Source of the DNA: Myxococcales bacterium
GTDB taxonomy: Bacteria > Myxococcota_A > Polyangia > Polyangiales > Polyangiaceae
Direction of reading: 5' to 3'
DNA: 64,000 nt
Assembly (NCBI GenBank): GCA_043747615.1
Contig: JAYTOU010000005.1
Span: 1-64,000 of the forward strand
This document shows, in pieces, positions 1 to 9,766 of the stretch. Below the pieces are notes generated by a model, which searched no databases, was not told the DNA's origin, and saw only the letters and a list, made by a program, of their open reading frames with translations. Both the position numbers and the translations under genes were made by a program. Within the stretch, counting starts at the first letter, position 1. Every line of letters starts with the position of its first letter.

Positions 1-574
1 GCTGAGCGCCGCCGCAGGTAGCTTCTACGTGTACGGCCAGAATCACGGAACGCTGCACTCCACGCCGCGGCTCGGCGACGCCGTCGTCTTCAACTACAAA
101 GGCGGGGGTTACGCCGACCACGTCGCTCTCGTTACCCAAGTGAACGCGAACGGCACCATCGAGTCCGTCAGCGGCGATTGGGGCGGACAGAGCGGCAGTG
201 AGGCCACGTTCTCCATCACCTCCCACGCCGCGTTGAATGCGCCTGCGTACTGGAGCGGCGTCGGTAGCGTCCCAGGAATCATCGGCATGAGGATCAGCGG
301 CTTCATCAGCCCGGCCGGTACCGGCGCGCCCCCCCGCGTTGCCCACTGCACGGAAGGTCCCGGATATTGCACGGCGACCCAGCAATGTGAAAATGGCAGC
401 TGGGTCTCACGTGCGAGCGATCCGACCGCCTGCACGTCGGGCCCGGGCGTGGCTGCGAGCGACGCATGCAGCGAGGGGCCTGGTTACTGTACGGCGACCT
501 CCCAGTGCGAAAACCACCACTGGGTCCCGCGCGCGAGTGATCCCGCGGCGTGCACTTCGGGCCCGGGCGCCTAG
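1..574 (+). CDS. CHAP/amidase-like secreted protein, 5'-truncated by the window edge, with two C-terminal Cys-rich repeats
   Basis: The frame is open to the window edge. 'PRLGDAVVFNY..GGYADHVALVTQVNANGTIESVSGDW' resembles the CHAP C-terminal half (GD-xVVF..HVA.V). The C-terminal module is duplicated. Confidence 0.6.
   Translation, partial: LSAAAGSFYVYGQNHGTLHSTPRLGDAVVFNYKGGGYADHVALVTQVNANGTIESVSGDWGGQSGSEATFSITSHAALNAPAYWSGVGSVPGIIGMRISGFISPAGTGAPPRVAHCTEGPGYCTATQQCENGSWVSRASDPTACTSGPGVAASDACSEGPGYCTATSQCENHHWVPRASDPAACTSGPGA
347..568 (+). repeat. Intragenic direct repeat, two ~102-bp units with a 120-bp period (C-x-EGPGYCTAT-x-QCEN-xx-WV-x-RASDP-x-ACTSGPG)
   Basis: Units at 347-448 and 467-568 give near-identical translations. 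Confidence 0.9.
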
Positions 575-606
575 TCCGACAGCTGCACGGGCTCCCCCCG
601 GCTCAT

Positions 607-2121
607 CTACGCCGCCGCATCCACAGCGGGGTTCGGCGGATCCGACTCGGGAGCCTTTGCGTTCTCGTCGCCGATGGCCTTCTTCAGCGGGTAGTAGCAG
701 AGGACCATGAGCACGCCCGTGGCGAACGAGATGCCGCTCATCATGATGAAGAACGACTCCTTGCTCATCTTCTCCCAGAAGGTGCCGAGGTAGCCGCTCA
801 AATAATTTCCGGCGAAGCTCGAAAGGAACCAGATCCCCATCATCATGGAGACGATGCGCACCGGAGAGATCTTCGTCACCAGGGAAAGCCCCACCGGCGA
901 CAAGTAAAGCTCGCCCACCGTTGCGAAGAACGTGGCGCCAATGAGCCACCACATGCTCGCCAGCGCACCACTCGCGAAGACACGCGCGCCTCCGATCATG
1001 ACGATGTACGAAAAGCCCAAGAAGAAAGCTCCGATGGCCATCTTCGAAGCGGAGGATGGCTCGGTCCCTTTTCGCGCTTGCCGCACCCAGAGGACGTTGA
1101 TGAAGGGGGTGAGGGCTGCGATGAAAAAGGGGTTCACCGATTGAAACCAGGTGGCCGGCATTTCCCAGCCCCAGCCGACGAGCTCGAAGATCTTGCGGTT
1201 CGTGTTCCCGTCGGCCCAGAGCTGGAGCGTATTTCCTTGCTGCTCGTAGACGGCCCAGAACGGAATGTTGAGAAGGCAGAGGACGACGAGAGCTGCGATC
1301 TTCGCCCACTCTTCGCGGCCGAACGGCTTCGTGTCCACGGGCGCCGGACCGCTGCCCTTCTCGCTTTTGTGCTGCTGCTCGCGCTTCATGATGTTGTCGG
1401 GAGCTAAATATTTCTGTCCCCAGACGTAGAGGATGAGGCCGAGCACCATGCCAACGCCGGCGGCACCGAAGCCGTAGTGCCAGCCAAACCTTTCGCTTTC
1501 GCCGAGCGTTCCGCAAACGAGCGCCGCGAGAAACGCGCCGAGGTTGATGCCCACGTAGAAAATATTGAACGCGCCGTCGCGCCGCGGATCCCCCTGCGGG
1601 TAGAGCGCGCCGACCTGGGTCGAGATGTTCGGCTTGAAGAGGCCGTTGCCGATGATGAGGAGAAGAAGCGCGACGTAGAAGAGGGACGAGAAGGCCATAA
1701 CGAAATGGCCGATCGCCATGATCACGCCGCCGACGATGACCGTCTTTCGCTGCCCGAGCACGCTGTCCGCGATGATCCCGCCGACGACCGGTGTGAGGTA
1801 AACGAAGCCTGTGTAGAGGCCGTAGATCTGCGACGAAAGCGCCTGCGCGCTCTGCGGACCGAAGACCGATTCAATGACGGACTTGATCGCGTCTTGGGCG
1901 ATCACGTGCTCGACGTGACCTGGCAAAAATAGGTACTTCGTCATGTAGAGGACGAGGAGCGCGCGCATTCCGTAATAAGAAAAGCGCTCCCACATCTCGG
2001 TCAAAAAGAGGATGTAGAGACCCTTCGGATGGCCCCAGAGATCACCTTTTTTCGGTGACCCAGGTGATCCAAGAGGCCCGACGCGGCCGTGGTCCGGACC
2101 CGCTGTTCCCTCGATGCTCAT
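607..2121 (-). CDS. POT/PTR2 family proton-dependent di/tripeptide transporter
   Basis: GHPKGL..TEMWERFSYYGMRALL (ExxERFxYY motif), GNGLFKPN, FYVGINLG, and multiple TM helices. Confidence 0.95.
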   Translation of the reverse strand: MSIEGTAGPDHGRVGPLGSPGSPKKGDLWGHPKGLYILFLTEMWERFSYYGMRALLVLYMTKYLFLPGHVEHVIAQDAIKSVIESVFGPQSAQALSSQIYGLYTGFVYLTPVVGGIIADSVLGQRKTVIVGGVIMAIGHFVMAFSSLFYVALLLLIIGNGLFKPNISTQVGALYPQGDPRRDGAFNIFYVGINLGAFLAALVCGTLGESERFGWHYGFGAAGVGMVLGLILYVWGQKYLAPDNIMKREQQHKSEKGSGPAPVDTKPFGREEWAKIAALVVLCLLNIPFWAVYEQQGNTLQLWADGNTNRKIFELVGWGWEMPATWFQSVNPFFIAALTPFINVLWVRQARKGTEPSSASKMAIGAFFLGFSYIVMIGGARVFASGALASMWWLIGATFFATVGELYLSPVGLSLVTKISPVRIVSMMMGIWFLSSFAGNYLSGYLGTFWEKMSKESFFIMMSGISFATGVLMVLCYYPLKKAIGDENAKAPESDPPNPAVDAAA

Positions 2122-2192
2122 GCCGTACCCCTAACGTTGCGCCGCATCGAAGTACACCGCTGCGGCGGCCTTCGGAAGATTCGCTTGCCACG

Positions 2193-2927
2193 TCAGTGGA
2201 TCAGAAACCACTTCACGCGCGGTGTCACTTCGAGGTGAAAGTGATTGCGGTGCGCCCAGTTGTAATCAGGAGTGAGCGCGACGTTGAAGAGGCGCGCGTC
2301 GGTGGAGTCGCAGAAAATCTTCCGAAGGGTGACGGCGTTCGGGGTGGCGGGCGTCGGGCTGGTGTTCGGACCGCACGTTTTTCGCCCGATTTTTCCGTGG
2401 AAATCGCGCTCTACGACTAGCTGCGTTCCGTCTCTTTGGATGAAAGTGCCGCAGTCGATGGCGAGGGCGCCGTCGTGCCGCTCGCCTACCTTTCCGATGG
2501 GCCATGGCCCGGTCGGGGGGCGGTAAACGGAGAGGTGCACGACCTCCACCACGTCGACTTTGGCGAGAAGGACGGCGAAGTCGTCGAGGGCGAGCACGAG
2601 TCGGCAGTCCATGATTTCGTACGGTGAGGTAGCGCGCTGAGCAACGGGAATGGCGGAGTGAAACGTGACTCCGCGGATCGCCCCGGTGAGACGCACGGGT
2701 GCGAGCACCCCGGGCGCATCGGGGACCGAGTGGAACGGCACCCCACGCGCCGTGAGCTCGGCCTCGCACGCCATGAGATCGAGCGCCGCGTACTTCACGG
2801 CGGGGGAGGCATCGGCGTCCGCAGGGAAGGCGACGTTGGGATCCGGCCCGCGAGCGAACAGCGTGACCAGGAGGAGCGCGATGACCCGCACGTAGGAACC
2901 GTAAGCCGCGCGCCCGCCTCGCGCCAC
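2193..2927 (-). CDS. Extensin-like C-terminal domain protein (peptidase M15-like fold), secreted
   Basis: Signal-like N-terminus; 'RHDGALAID' and 'LTPDYNWAHRNHFHLE' are typical of Extensin-like_C. Confidence 0.75.
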   Translation of the reverse strand: MARGGRAAYGSYVRVIALLLVTLFARGPDPNVAFPADADASPAVKYAALDLMACEAELTARGVPFHSVPDAPGVLAPVRLTGAIRGVTFHSAIPVAQRATSPYEIMDCRLVLALDDFAVLLAKVDVVEVVHLSVYRPPTGPWPIGKVGERHDGALAIDCGTFIQRDGTQLVVERDFHGKIGRKTCGPNTSPTPATPNAVTLRKIFCDSTDARLFNVALTPDYNWAHRNHFHLEVTPRVKWFLIH

Positions 2928-2967
2928 TTTTCAGGATTGTGCGTGAGTGCGCTAGAATGGCCGAACC

Positions 2968-4029
2968 ATGGCCGAGCTGAGTCACCGCGCGCGGCAAATT
3001 CTTTACGCCGCCGTCACCGAGTTCGTCGCCACCGGCGAGCCGGTCGGATCACGCACGCTCTCGAAGCACCGGGGGATCGATCTCTCGCCGGCCAGTATCC
3101 GCAATGTGCTCTCCGATCTCGAGGAGGAGGGCTACCTCCATCAGCCGCACACGAGCGCAGGGCGGGTCCCCACCGATCGTGCCTTCCGTCTCTTCATCGA
3201 CGCCTTGATGGAGGTGCGCGAGCTCAGCCCCGAGGATCACCTGAGAATTCGCACGCGCTTCGAGGAGATGCTCCCCGGGCAAAATGTGATGCGTGAAACC
3301 GGAAAGCTCCTCAGCGAGCTTACGGGGACGGCGGCGGTCATCGTCACTCCGCGCGCCGAGACGCTCACCCTGAAGACGCTCCGCTTCATCCGCACGAATC
3401 CAGGCGAGCTCTTGGCCGTCCTCGTGATGTCGAACGGCACCGTACAAAATCGCTTCGTGCGCGCGGTGGTCAGCGAGGCGGAGCTCATTCGCGTGCACAA
3501 TCTGCTCGACGACGTGACCGAAGGGCGCAGCCTCGGACAGCTCCGCGATTTTTTCGTTCGCAAGCTCGGCACCGAGCAGGTGCAGAACGACGAGCTCCGG
3601 CGGCGGGCCTTCGAGCTCGGTGGAGCGGTGATGGCGGAGGCCTCCGCGGGCGAGGCCGACGTGGTGATCGAGGGGCAAAATAAGCTCTTCGATCAACCCG
3701 AGTTTGCCGGCGCCGAAGGAATGAAGCACCTCGTGTCGGCGCTCGACGAGCGGGAGGTCATCGTGCGTTTGCTCGAAGCGACGGCCGAATCGCGCGGGAC
3801 GACTACCGTGGTCCTCGGCCGCGAGGCAGGCGATCTCGGAGGTGGCCAGCTCTCCATCGTTGGAGCCGCGTACATGGAGCACGGACGCGCCGCCGGCACG
3901 ATCGGCGTCATCGGCCCGACGCGCATGGATTATCCGAAGGTGGTGCCGTTGGTCACCGCGACAGCCCACGCCATGACCGAGTTCATGGACCGTGAGGGCA
4001 ATTCGCGCGGCCGTGGCGACGCAGACTAA
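2968..4029 (+). CDS. hrcA: Heat-inducible transcription repressor HrcA
   Basis: EPVGSRTL, SPASIRN, QPHTSAGRVPTD, GVIGPTRMDY motifs. Confidence 0.97.
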   Translation: MAELSHRARQILYAAVTEFVATGEPVGSRTLSKHRGIDLSPASIRNVLSDLEEEGYLHQPHTSAGRVPTDRAFRLFIDALMEVRELSPEDHLRIRTRFEEMLPGQNVMRETGKLLSELTGTAAVIVTPRAETLTLKTLRFIRTNPGELLAVLVMSNGTVQNRFVRAVVSEAELIRVHNLLDDVTEGRSLGQLRDFFVRKLGTEQVQNDELRRRAFELGGAVMAEASAGEADVVIEGQNKLFDQPEFAGAEGMKHLVSALDEREVIVRLLEATAESRGTTTVVLGREAGDLGGGQLSIVGAAYMEHGRAAGTIGVIGPTRMDYPKVVPLVTATAHAMTEFMDREGNSRGRGDAD

Positions 4030-4053
4030 TTCAGCACAGTTAAAAGCTGAATT
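4028..4053. other. 8-bp perfect inverted repeat (AATTCAGC-N10-GCTGAATT) directly after hrcA; weak terminator or operator
   Basis: Read directly; an AT-rich island in a GC-rich context. Confidence 0.4.
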
Positions 4054-4064
4054 TTCGCCGGCTG

Positions 4065-5453
4065 TTGTACTGTGAGTCCCGTATGCGCACGGCACCTCCG
4101 GACCTTCCCGGTAGCCACAACACGGACTCACCGCTCGATCGAGCGCTCGCGCTTCTCCTCGCTGGAGAACGCGAAGCCGCGCTTCGTTGGAGCGCCGCCG
4201 TGGTCGATCACGATTCCTCGGCATCGAGCGCGCTGATTCTCACCTGTCGCTTGCTCGCCGATGCGGGGCGCACCGAGGCCGCCGTGGAGGGGCTCGAGCT
4301 CGCCGTGAAGCGCGCCATCGACGCGGGGAATCTGCCGCTCGCCGTGGCTGCCGTCGCCGACCTACGCCAGCTCGGAAAGCCCGTCGCAGCACACTTCGAC
4401 GACATCGCGCAGTCCTTCTGCCTCGGCTCTGCGCGCCTCACGGACTCCGCGTCTCCTCCTCCGCCGCTGCCGACCTTCGACGCCTTCCAGCCGCTGAGCT
4501 CGTTTCTTTCGGGGCCCGCGCTGCTCTCGAAGGCGACGGGTATCGTCCACTCTGCGCGAAAGAGCTACGACGCCCTCGACGACTCCGAGCAGCCCATGGT
4601 CGTACCGCTGCCCCTCTTCAGCTCGCTCGAGATGGAAGGTCTCCGCGCCCTCGTCGAAGCGTTCGAGATGATCACCGTGCCTGCGGGCAAGGAAGTGATC
4701 TGCGAAGGCGAAGAGGGCGCAGAAGCGTACATCGTCGCGCGGGGCGAGCTCGAAGTACGGCGCAGCGCGGTGTCGAGCGGCGACGAGCCAGGGGAGGCGC
4801 CGGTGACGCTTGCGCGTCTAGCGAACGGAGCGCTCTTTGGGGAAATGGCGCTGTTGTCGCGCGCGCCTCGGGCCGCGAGCGTCGTCGCATGTCGTCCGTC
4901 GATCTTGCTGGTGGCGCGTCGTGATGCTCTCGAAAAAGTGGCATTGGTCCGGCCCGAGGTTGGTGTGGAGCTCGCCGCGCACTGCCGCCGTCGCATGGTG
5001 GCGAACCTGGTGCGAACGTCGCGGGTGCTCGTGGCCGTCAATCCCGTAGATCGTCCGGCGCTGGTCGAGCGCTTCGAGACCTGCTTCTTCGAGAAGGGCG
5101 AGAACCTCATCTCCGAAGGGGAGGACGCGGTGGGCCTTCACCTCATCGCCTCGGGAGAGGTAGCCGTCGTTGGTCACGAAGGGGGCGAGGCCATCATCAT
5201 TTCCACCTTGGGCGTCGGCGAAGTCGTCGGTGAGACGGCGCTCGTCCTGCGCCGAAAGGCAAACGCGGACGTGGTCGCTGTCCACCCGACGGTGACCCTC
5301 CACCTACCGAACGAAGATTTCTTGGGCCTCGTGCGCGACCACCCTGGCATTCTCCAGAGCCTGTACATGATGGCAGTCATGCGGGACGAAGAGACGTCGC
5401 TCGTGAGGTCCAACTCGACGACGAGCGTGACCGACGACTACGTCCTCGTCTAA
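4065..5453 (+). CDS. Protein with an N-terminal helical/TPR-like region and tandem cyclic-nucleotide-binding domains
   Basis: Two CNB domains: 'EGEEGAEAYIVARGE...LFGEMALLSRAPRAASV' and 'EGEDAVGLHLIASGE...VVGETALV'. The start may be ~4082. Confidence 0.85.
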   Translation: MYCESRMRTAPPDLPGSHNTDSPLDRALALLLAGEREAALRWSAAVVDHDSSASSALILTCRLLADAGRTEAAVEGLELAVKRAIDAGNLPLAVAAVADLRQLGKPVAAHFDDIAQSFCLGSARLTDSASPPPPLPTFDAFQPLSSFLSGPALLSKATGIVHSARKSYDALDDSEQPMVVPLPLFSSLEMEGLRALVEAFEMITVPAGKEVICEGEEGAEAYIVARGELEVRRSAVSSGDEPGEAPVTLARLANGALFGEMALLSRAPRAASVVACRPSILLVARRDALEKVALVRPEVGVELAAHCRRRMVANLVRTSRVLVAVNPVDRPALVERFETCFFEKGENLISEGEDAVGLHLIASGEVAVVGHEGGEAIIISTLGVGEVVGETALVLRRKANADVVAVHPTVTLHLPNEDFLGLVRDHPGILQSLYMMAVMRDEETSLVRSNSTTSVTDDYVLV

Positions 5454-5475
5454 ATGCGCAGCGCGTAGGGATCAA

Positions 5476-6492
5476 ATGGCGAAGCACTCTCACTCGTTCA
5501 CCGAGCCGCTTCCGAACGAACGGCTCTCCGGAAAGTTTACGGAAGCCGAAGCGAAGCAGGCCCGGCGGCTCTTCGTCGTGCTTTGCATCATTGCTTCTTT
5601 TTTCGGGGTCGAGCTCACCGGCGCGCTGATGGCGAAGAGCAACGTCCTCAAGGCCGATGCGCTCCATCTCTTGATGGACGTGTTCGCGATCGCAATGAGC
5701 CTCCTCGCCATGCGTCTCGCCGTACGTAAGCCCACCGCGCGTTTCACGTTCGGCCTCCGTCGCGCCGAGCCCGTGGCAGCGATCTTTAATGCCATCCTCG
5801 TCCTCGGGGCAACGGTGGAGATCGTACGCGAGGGGATCGAGGAGCTTCACGGCGGAGAGCCTCCGATCGCGGGAATCATGATGGTCGTGTCGATCGGCGC
5901 GCTCATGGTGAACGGTCTGTCGGCGTGGCTGCTTCACGACGTCATCGGACATCATGGCCATGCTCACGGCCCCGCCACGCATGATCACGCCCACGAAAAG
6001 AAGAAGGCAGGGGGGCACGCGCTCAACCTCCGCGGCGCCAGGCTGCACCTCTTGGGCGACACCCTAGGATCGCTCGCTGCCCTCCTCGCAGCGCTCGCCA
6101 TTCATTTCGGCGGCCCCCCCGCGATCGACGCCATTGCAAGCTTCGCGGTCGCGCTCATTCTCGTCCTTGGCGCCATCGGCCTGCTAAAAGACGCGACGCT
6201 CGTGCTCCTCGAGGCCGCGCCCGTTCATCTTCCGATCGACGCGATCCGCGAGGTCGTGGCTAATTTCCCGGGCGTTTCAGACGTTCACGACATGCACGTC
6301 TGGACGCTCGGAGCTGGTCACGACGCGCTCACCGTCCACGTCGTTCGCTCCGAGAATGGCGATTCCGATCTCGGTCCGCTCCTTTCGAAGAAGCTCCGCG
6401 AGTCCTTCACCATCGAGTACGTCACCGTCCAAGTAGAAGCGACGAAGGAGCCTTGTGGGGCCCCTCCGTCGCGGTTCGTCTCCGAAGACTGA
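5476..6492 (+). CDS. Cation diffusion facilitator (CzcD/ZitB-like Zn/Co/Cd exporter)
   Basis: ADALHLLMD, FTFGLRRAE, His-rich loop, HLLGDTLGS, VHDMHVW. Confidence 0.92.
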   Translation: MAKHSHSFTEPLPNERLSGKFTEAEAKQARRLFVVLCIIASFFGVELTGALMAKSNVLKADALHLLMDVFAIAMSLLAMRLAVRKPTARFTFGLRRAEPVAAIFNAILVLGATVEIVREGIEELHGGEPPIAGIMMVVSIGALMVNGLSAWLLHDVIGHHGHAHGPATHDHAHEKKKAGGHALNLRGARLHLLGDTLGSLAALLAALAIHFGGPPAIDAIASFAVALILVLGAIGLLKDATLVLLEAAPVHLPIDAIREVVANFPGVSDVHDMHVWTLGAGHDALTVHVVRSENGDSDLGPLLSKKLRESFTIEYVTVQVEATKEPCGAPPSRFVSED

Positions 6493-6541
6493 GCTTGCGC
6501 TCAATCGCGTTGGAGTACGTGCGCTGACTACGTGCAGGCAG

Positions 6542-7576
6542 CTACTTGCAGAGGTTACCGACGCACGCTTTGCCTGCAGGGCAGTCGGCCTGGACGGTGC
6601 ACTGCGGGTGCGCTTCGGTCTGATTGCGGCAGACCTTGTCCGTGCCGCAAAAGCCTATGCGCGAGTCGATAATCTGGCAGTCGTGATCGACGTTGCACGA
6701 GTACTTGCAGTAGCCGTCCACGCACATCTCGGAGGGGCCTGCGTCTGACGAATTCGAATGGCACGCCGAGGAGTCGGACGCGCTACAAATCGGCTTGGGG
6801 CGCGTGTCGCTGACGCAAGCGCCTTCGTTGCAGTATTGGCCGGCGGCGCAGCTCGCGTCCCCCGTGCATGCAGGCACGCAGCTTCCGCTCACGCATTTCG
6901 GGGTGCTTCCCGAGCAGTTCGCGTCGCCCTTGCACGTGGCCTGGCTGGGATCGGGCTCGCAGACGCCCTGGGTGCAGATGAGGCCTGCCCCGCACTGCCC
7001 GGAAGCGGTGCACGTGGTGACGCATTGTCCGTTCGCGCACGTCTTGCCGTCCGCGCACTCGCTGGAGAACTTGCACGTGTTCTTGGGAGCGGTGCACACG
7101 CCGCCAGCGCACGTGTCGCCGTTGGAGCAGTCGGCCGATACCGCGCAGGGGCAGGGGCCGTTCGTCCCTCCGCAAGCCTGGCATTTATTGGCGACGCAGG
7201 CCGCGCCGCCCGTGCAATCGGTCTTCGTCGTGCACTCTTTGGTGCCGGCGTCGCCGTTGCTCGTGCCGCCGGGAGCACTGCATAGGCCCTCCTTGCAAAC
7301 GGTTCCGCGCTCGCAATCTGTCGTGCTCTGACAGGCCTTCTCGCAGCCGGCAGCCGTGCACATCGAGCCGCTCGCGCAGCTAGAGTTGCCCGTGCAAGGC
7401 TGCGAGGCGGGCGGGGTCACGGTGCTGCAGCCGTAGCCGTCGCAGGAGTAACAGCCGTTGTCGTCGCAGTAGTAGCGCTCGTTGGCCGGGCTGCACCCCG
7501 TCCACAAAACCGAGGTCACCATCAACAGGATGGCAACGACTCCGGACCATTTGCTCAGCGAAACCAACGTCTTCAT
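6542..7576 (-). CDS. Cys-rich repeat lipoprotein (myxobacterial type)
   Basis: Probable start MKTLVSL at 7576, lipobox-like 'WTGC', and many C-x4-C-x4/5-C-x4-C repeats. Confidence 0.75.
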   Translation of the reverse strand: MKTLVSLSKWSGVVAILLMVTSVLWTGCSPANERYYCDDNGCYSCDGYGCSTVTPPASQPCTGNSSCASGSMCTAAGCEKACQSTTDCERGTVCKEGLCSAPGGTSNGDAGTKECTTKTDCTGGAACVANKCQACGGTNGPCPCAVSADCSNGDTCAGGVCTAPKNTCKFSSECADGKTCANGQCVTTCTASGQCGAGLICTQGVCEPDPSQATCKGDANCSGSTPKCVSGSCVPACTGDASCAAGQYCNEGACVSDTRPKPICSASDSSACHSNSSDAGPSEMCVDGYCKYSCNVDHDCQIIDSRIGFCGTDKVCRNQTEAHPQCTVQADCPAGKACVGNLCK

Positions 7577-7795
7577 GCTGCGGCCTCCACCTGGCCAGTA
7601 TCCACGCCGCGTGCCATCGGACAAGCCAGAGCGGAAAGGACGCATTTTCCGGAAATACTGAGTCAACATCGTCCCGCGGCCGCTCGCAGCATGCGACGCC
7701 ATTGCCGCTGTGACTGTGGACGGCCGGTTACGGGTCCCGGGCGGTGACCATCCTTCTCCTTGACCGGGGTCCGGCCTTTGGCTACCCCGAGCACC

Positions 7796-8371
7796 ATGAA
7801 ATCCCAGCATCTGGCCCTCGTTCGTGGCTCGCTCGCGTCACTTTTCGCAGCCGTCCTCTTCTTCTTCGGCTCGACCGCGCAGGCACAAATGAAGGTCGCC
7901 GTCGTCGATGTGCAGCGCGCCGTCATGCAGACAGAAGACGGTCTGCGCGCTCAGGCCAACCTGAAAAAAGTCTTCGACAGCCGCCAGCAGGAGCTGAACA
8001 AGAAGCAAGTGGAGTTGCAGAAGCAGCGCGAAGACATCGACAAGCAGGCCAAGGTCATGTCCCAGGCTGCGCTTCAGAAGAGGGTCGAAGACTGGCAGAA
8101 GGCCATGGTCGAGCTCCAGAGCGTGTTCGTCGAATACAACAAAGAGCTCGAGAAAAAGCAGAAGGAAATCACCGATCCCATCTTCGAGAAGATCATGGGG
8201 ATCGTGAAGCGCATCGCCACCACCGAGGGCTACGATCTCGTCGTCGATAAGGCCACGATCGCCTATATGCGAAGTGATCTCGACCTCACCGACAAGTGCA
8301 TCCAGCTCTACAATAGCGGCGGCTCCGCAAGCCCCGCTCCTGCCATGCCTGCCCCCGCGCCCAAGAAGTAA
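7796..8371 (+). CDS. skp: OmpH/Skp periplasmic chaperone
   Basis: Signal peptide, KVAVVDVQR, coiled coil, GYDLVVDK, DLTDK; sits upstream of lpxD-fabZ-lpxA. Confidence 0.92.
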   Translation: MKSQHLALVRGSLASLFAAVLFFFGSTAQAQMKVAVVDVQRAVMQTEDGLRAQANLKKVFDSRQQELNKKQVELQKQREDIDKQAKVMSQAALQKRVEDWQKAMVELQSVFVEYNKELEKKQKEITDPIFEKIMGIVKRIATTEGYDLVVDKATIAYMRSDLDLTDKCIQLYNSGGSASPAPAMPAPAPKK

Positions 8372-8404
8372 GATCTCGCTGTCCTGCTCTTCTTTCCGCC
8401 TGAG

Positions 8405-9247
8405 TTGGTTTCGTCGATCGCGGGCCGCCTCGGCGGTGTAGTCCGCGACGGCGGGAGACGCCTGTCGGCGACGATGGTCGACCGGATCGCCCCAGTCCAT
8501 CTGGCCTCTGCGGGTGCCCTTGCCCCAGTGCTTCGTGCCGGGATGCTCCAGGCGGCACGCGATGCGCACGAGCGGGGTGCCGTTCTTTTGATCGCAAATT
8601 CGCTCTCACGTGGGCTCGACGGATGGATCCATCCACACGCGCCGTGGGCCATGGCCGATCTCCTCGATCGCTGCATCGTAGACGCGGGAGAGGCGGTGAT
8701 CGGCGAAGGATCGACGATCGGCCCTCACGTCTTTTTCGGGCCGCGCGTGGTCATTGGAAAAAACGTGACGATCGGCGCCTCCACGGTGATCGGGCGTCCG
8801 GGATTCGGCTGGGCATTTCGCGGTGAAGAGGTGCGCGCCATCCCCCAGCTCGGTGGCGTCATCATCGACGACGACGTGGTCATCGGGCCGCTCTCGACCA
8901 TCGACGCCGGCACGCTCGGCCCCACGCGCATTCGCCGCGGCGCCAAGCTCGATGCGCAAGTCCACGTCGGGCACAACTGCGACATCGGCGAGAACACCCT
9001 CGTGGCCGCCCAATCTGGGTTCGCAGGGTCGGTCATCGTCGGCCGCGGAGTTCTCATTGGAGGGCAAGCGGGCTTCGCCGATCACGTGTCGGTCGGGGAC
9101 GGCGCGCGCATCGCTGCAAAGAGCGGCGTCATCGGCGATGTACCCGCGGGGGCGACCGTGGCAGGATACCCCGCCGTTCCCCGGATCCGCTGGCTGCGCG
9201 CGCTCGCTCGGCTCTATCGCGGACAGATCGAGCCGCCCCCCGAATGA
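8405..9247 (+). CDS. lpxD: UDP-3-O-acylglucosamine N-acyltransferase, short/divergent
   Basis: Hexapeptide repeats, GFGWA, IPQLGGVII, KLDAQVHVGHNC (catalytic His); synteny. Confidence 0.85.
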   Translation: MVSSIAGRLGGVVRDGGRRLSATMVDRIAPVHLASAGALAPVLRAGMLQAARDAHERGAVLLIANSLSRGLDGWIHPHAPWAMADLLDRCIVDAGEAVIGEGSTIGPHVFFGPRVVIGKNVTIGASTVIGRPGFGWAFRGEEVRAIPQLGGVIIDDDVVIGPLSTIDAGTLGPTRIRRGAKLDAQVHVGHNCDIGENTLVAAQSGFAGSVIVGRGVLIGGQAGFADHVSVGDGARIAAKSGVIGDVPAGATVAGYPAVPRIRWLRALARLYRGQIEPPPE

Positions 9248-9291
9248 ACCGACTTGGAAAATGTCAGCAAGTAGAAGAGGTCTGTCCTTAG

Positions 9292-9756
9292 ATGAAGACC
9301 CAGCCCAAGACGACGACGCTCGACATCAAGCGCATCCTCGAGATTCTTCCGCACCGCTGGCCGTTCGTCCTCGTAGATCGAGTGACGGAGGTCGTGGGCC
9401 ACGAGTTCATCCGCGGCCACAAGAGCGTCTCCATGAACGAGCCATGGTTCCAAGGGCATTTCCCGGGTCACCCGATCATGCCTGGGGTGCTCATTCTCGA
9501 AGCACTCGCGCAGATTGGCGGCATCCTGGCGTACGCAAGCGAGCCCTTCGATGCGGCGAGCTCGCTCATGTTTTTTTTGGGAATCGACAAAGCGAAGTTC
9601 CGGCGTCCGGTGATCCCGGGCGATCGTCTGGACCTCGAGGTGCGCGTGATTCACCACCGTTCGAACGTGTGGAAGCTGAAAGGCGAAGCCTCGGTCGAAG
9701 GTACGCTTTGCGCCGAGGGCGAGCTCCTCGCGAGCGTGGTCGACAGGCCGAGCTGA
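9292..9756 (+). CDS. fabZ: 3-hydroxyacyl-ACP dehydratase
   Basis: LPHRWPFVLVDRV, FQGHFPGHPIMPGVLILEALAQ. Confidence 0.97.
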   Translation: MKTQPKTTTLDIKRILEILPHRWPFVLVDRVTEVVGHEFIRGHKSVSMNEPWFQGHFPGHPIMPGVLILEALAQIGGILAYASEPFDAASSLMFFLGIDKAKFRRPVIPGDRLDLEVRVIHHRSNVWKLKGEASVEGTLCAEGELLASVVDRPS

Positions 9757-9766
9757 GAGGGAGTCG

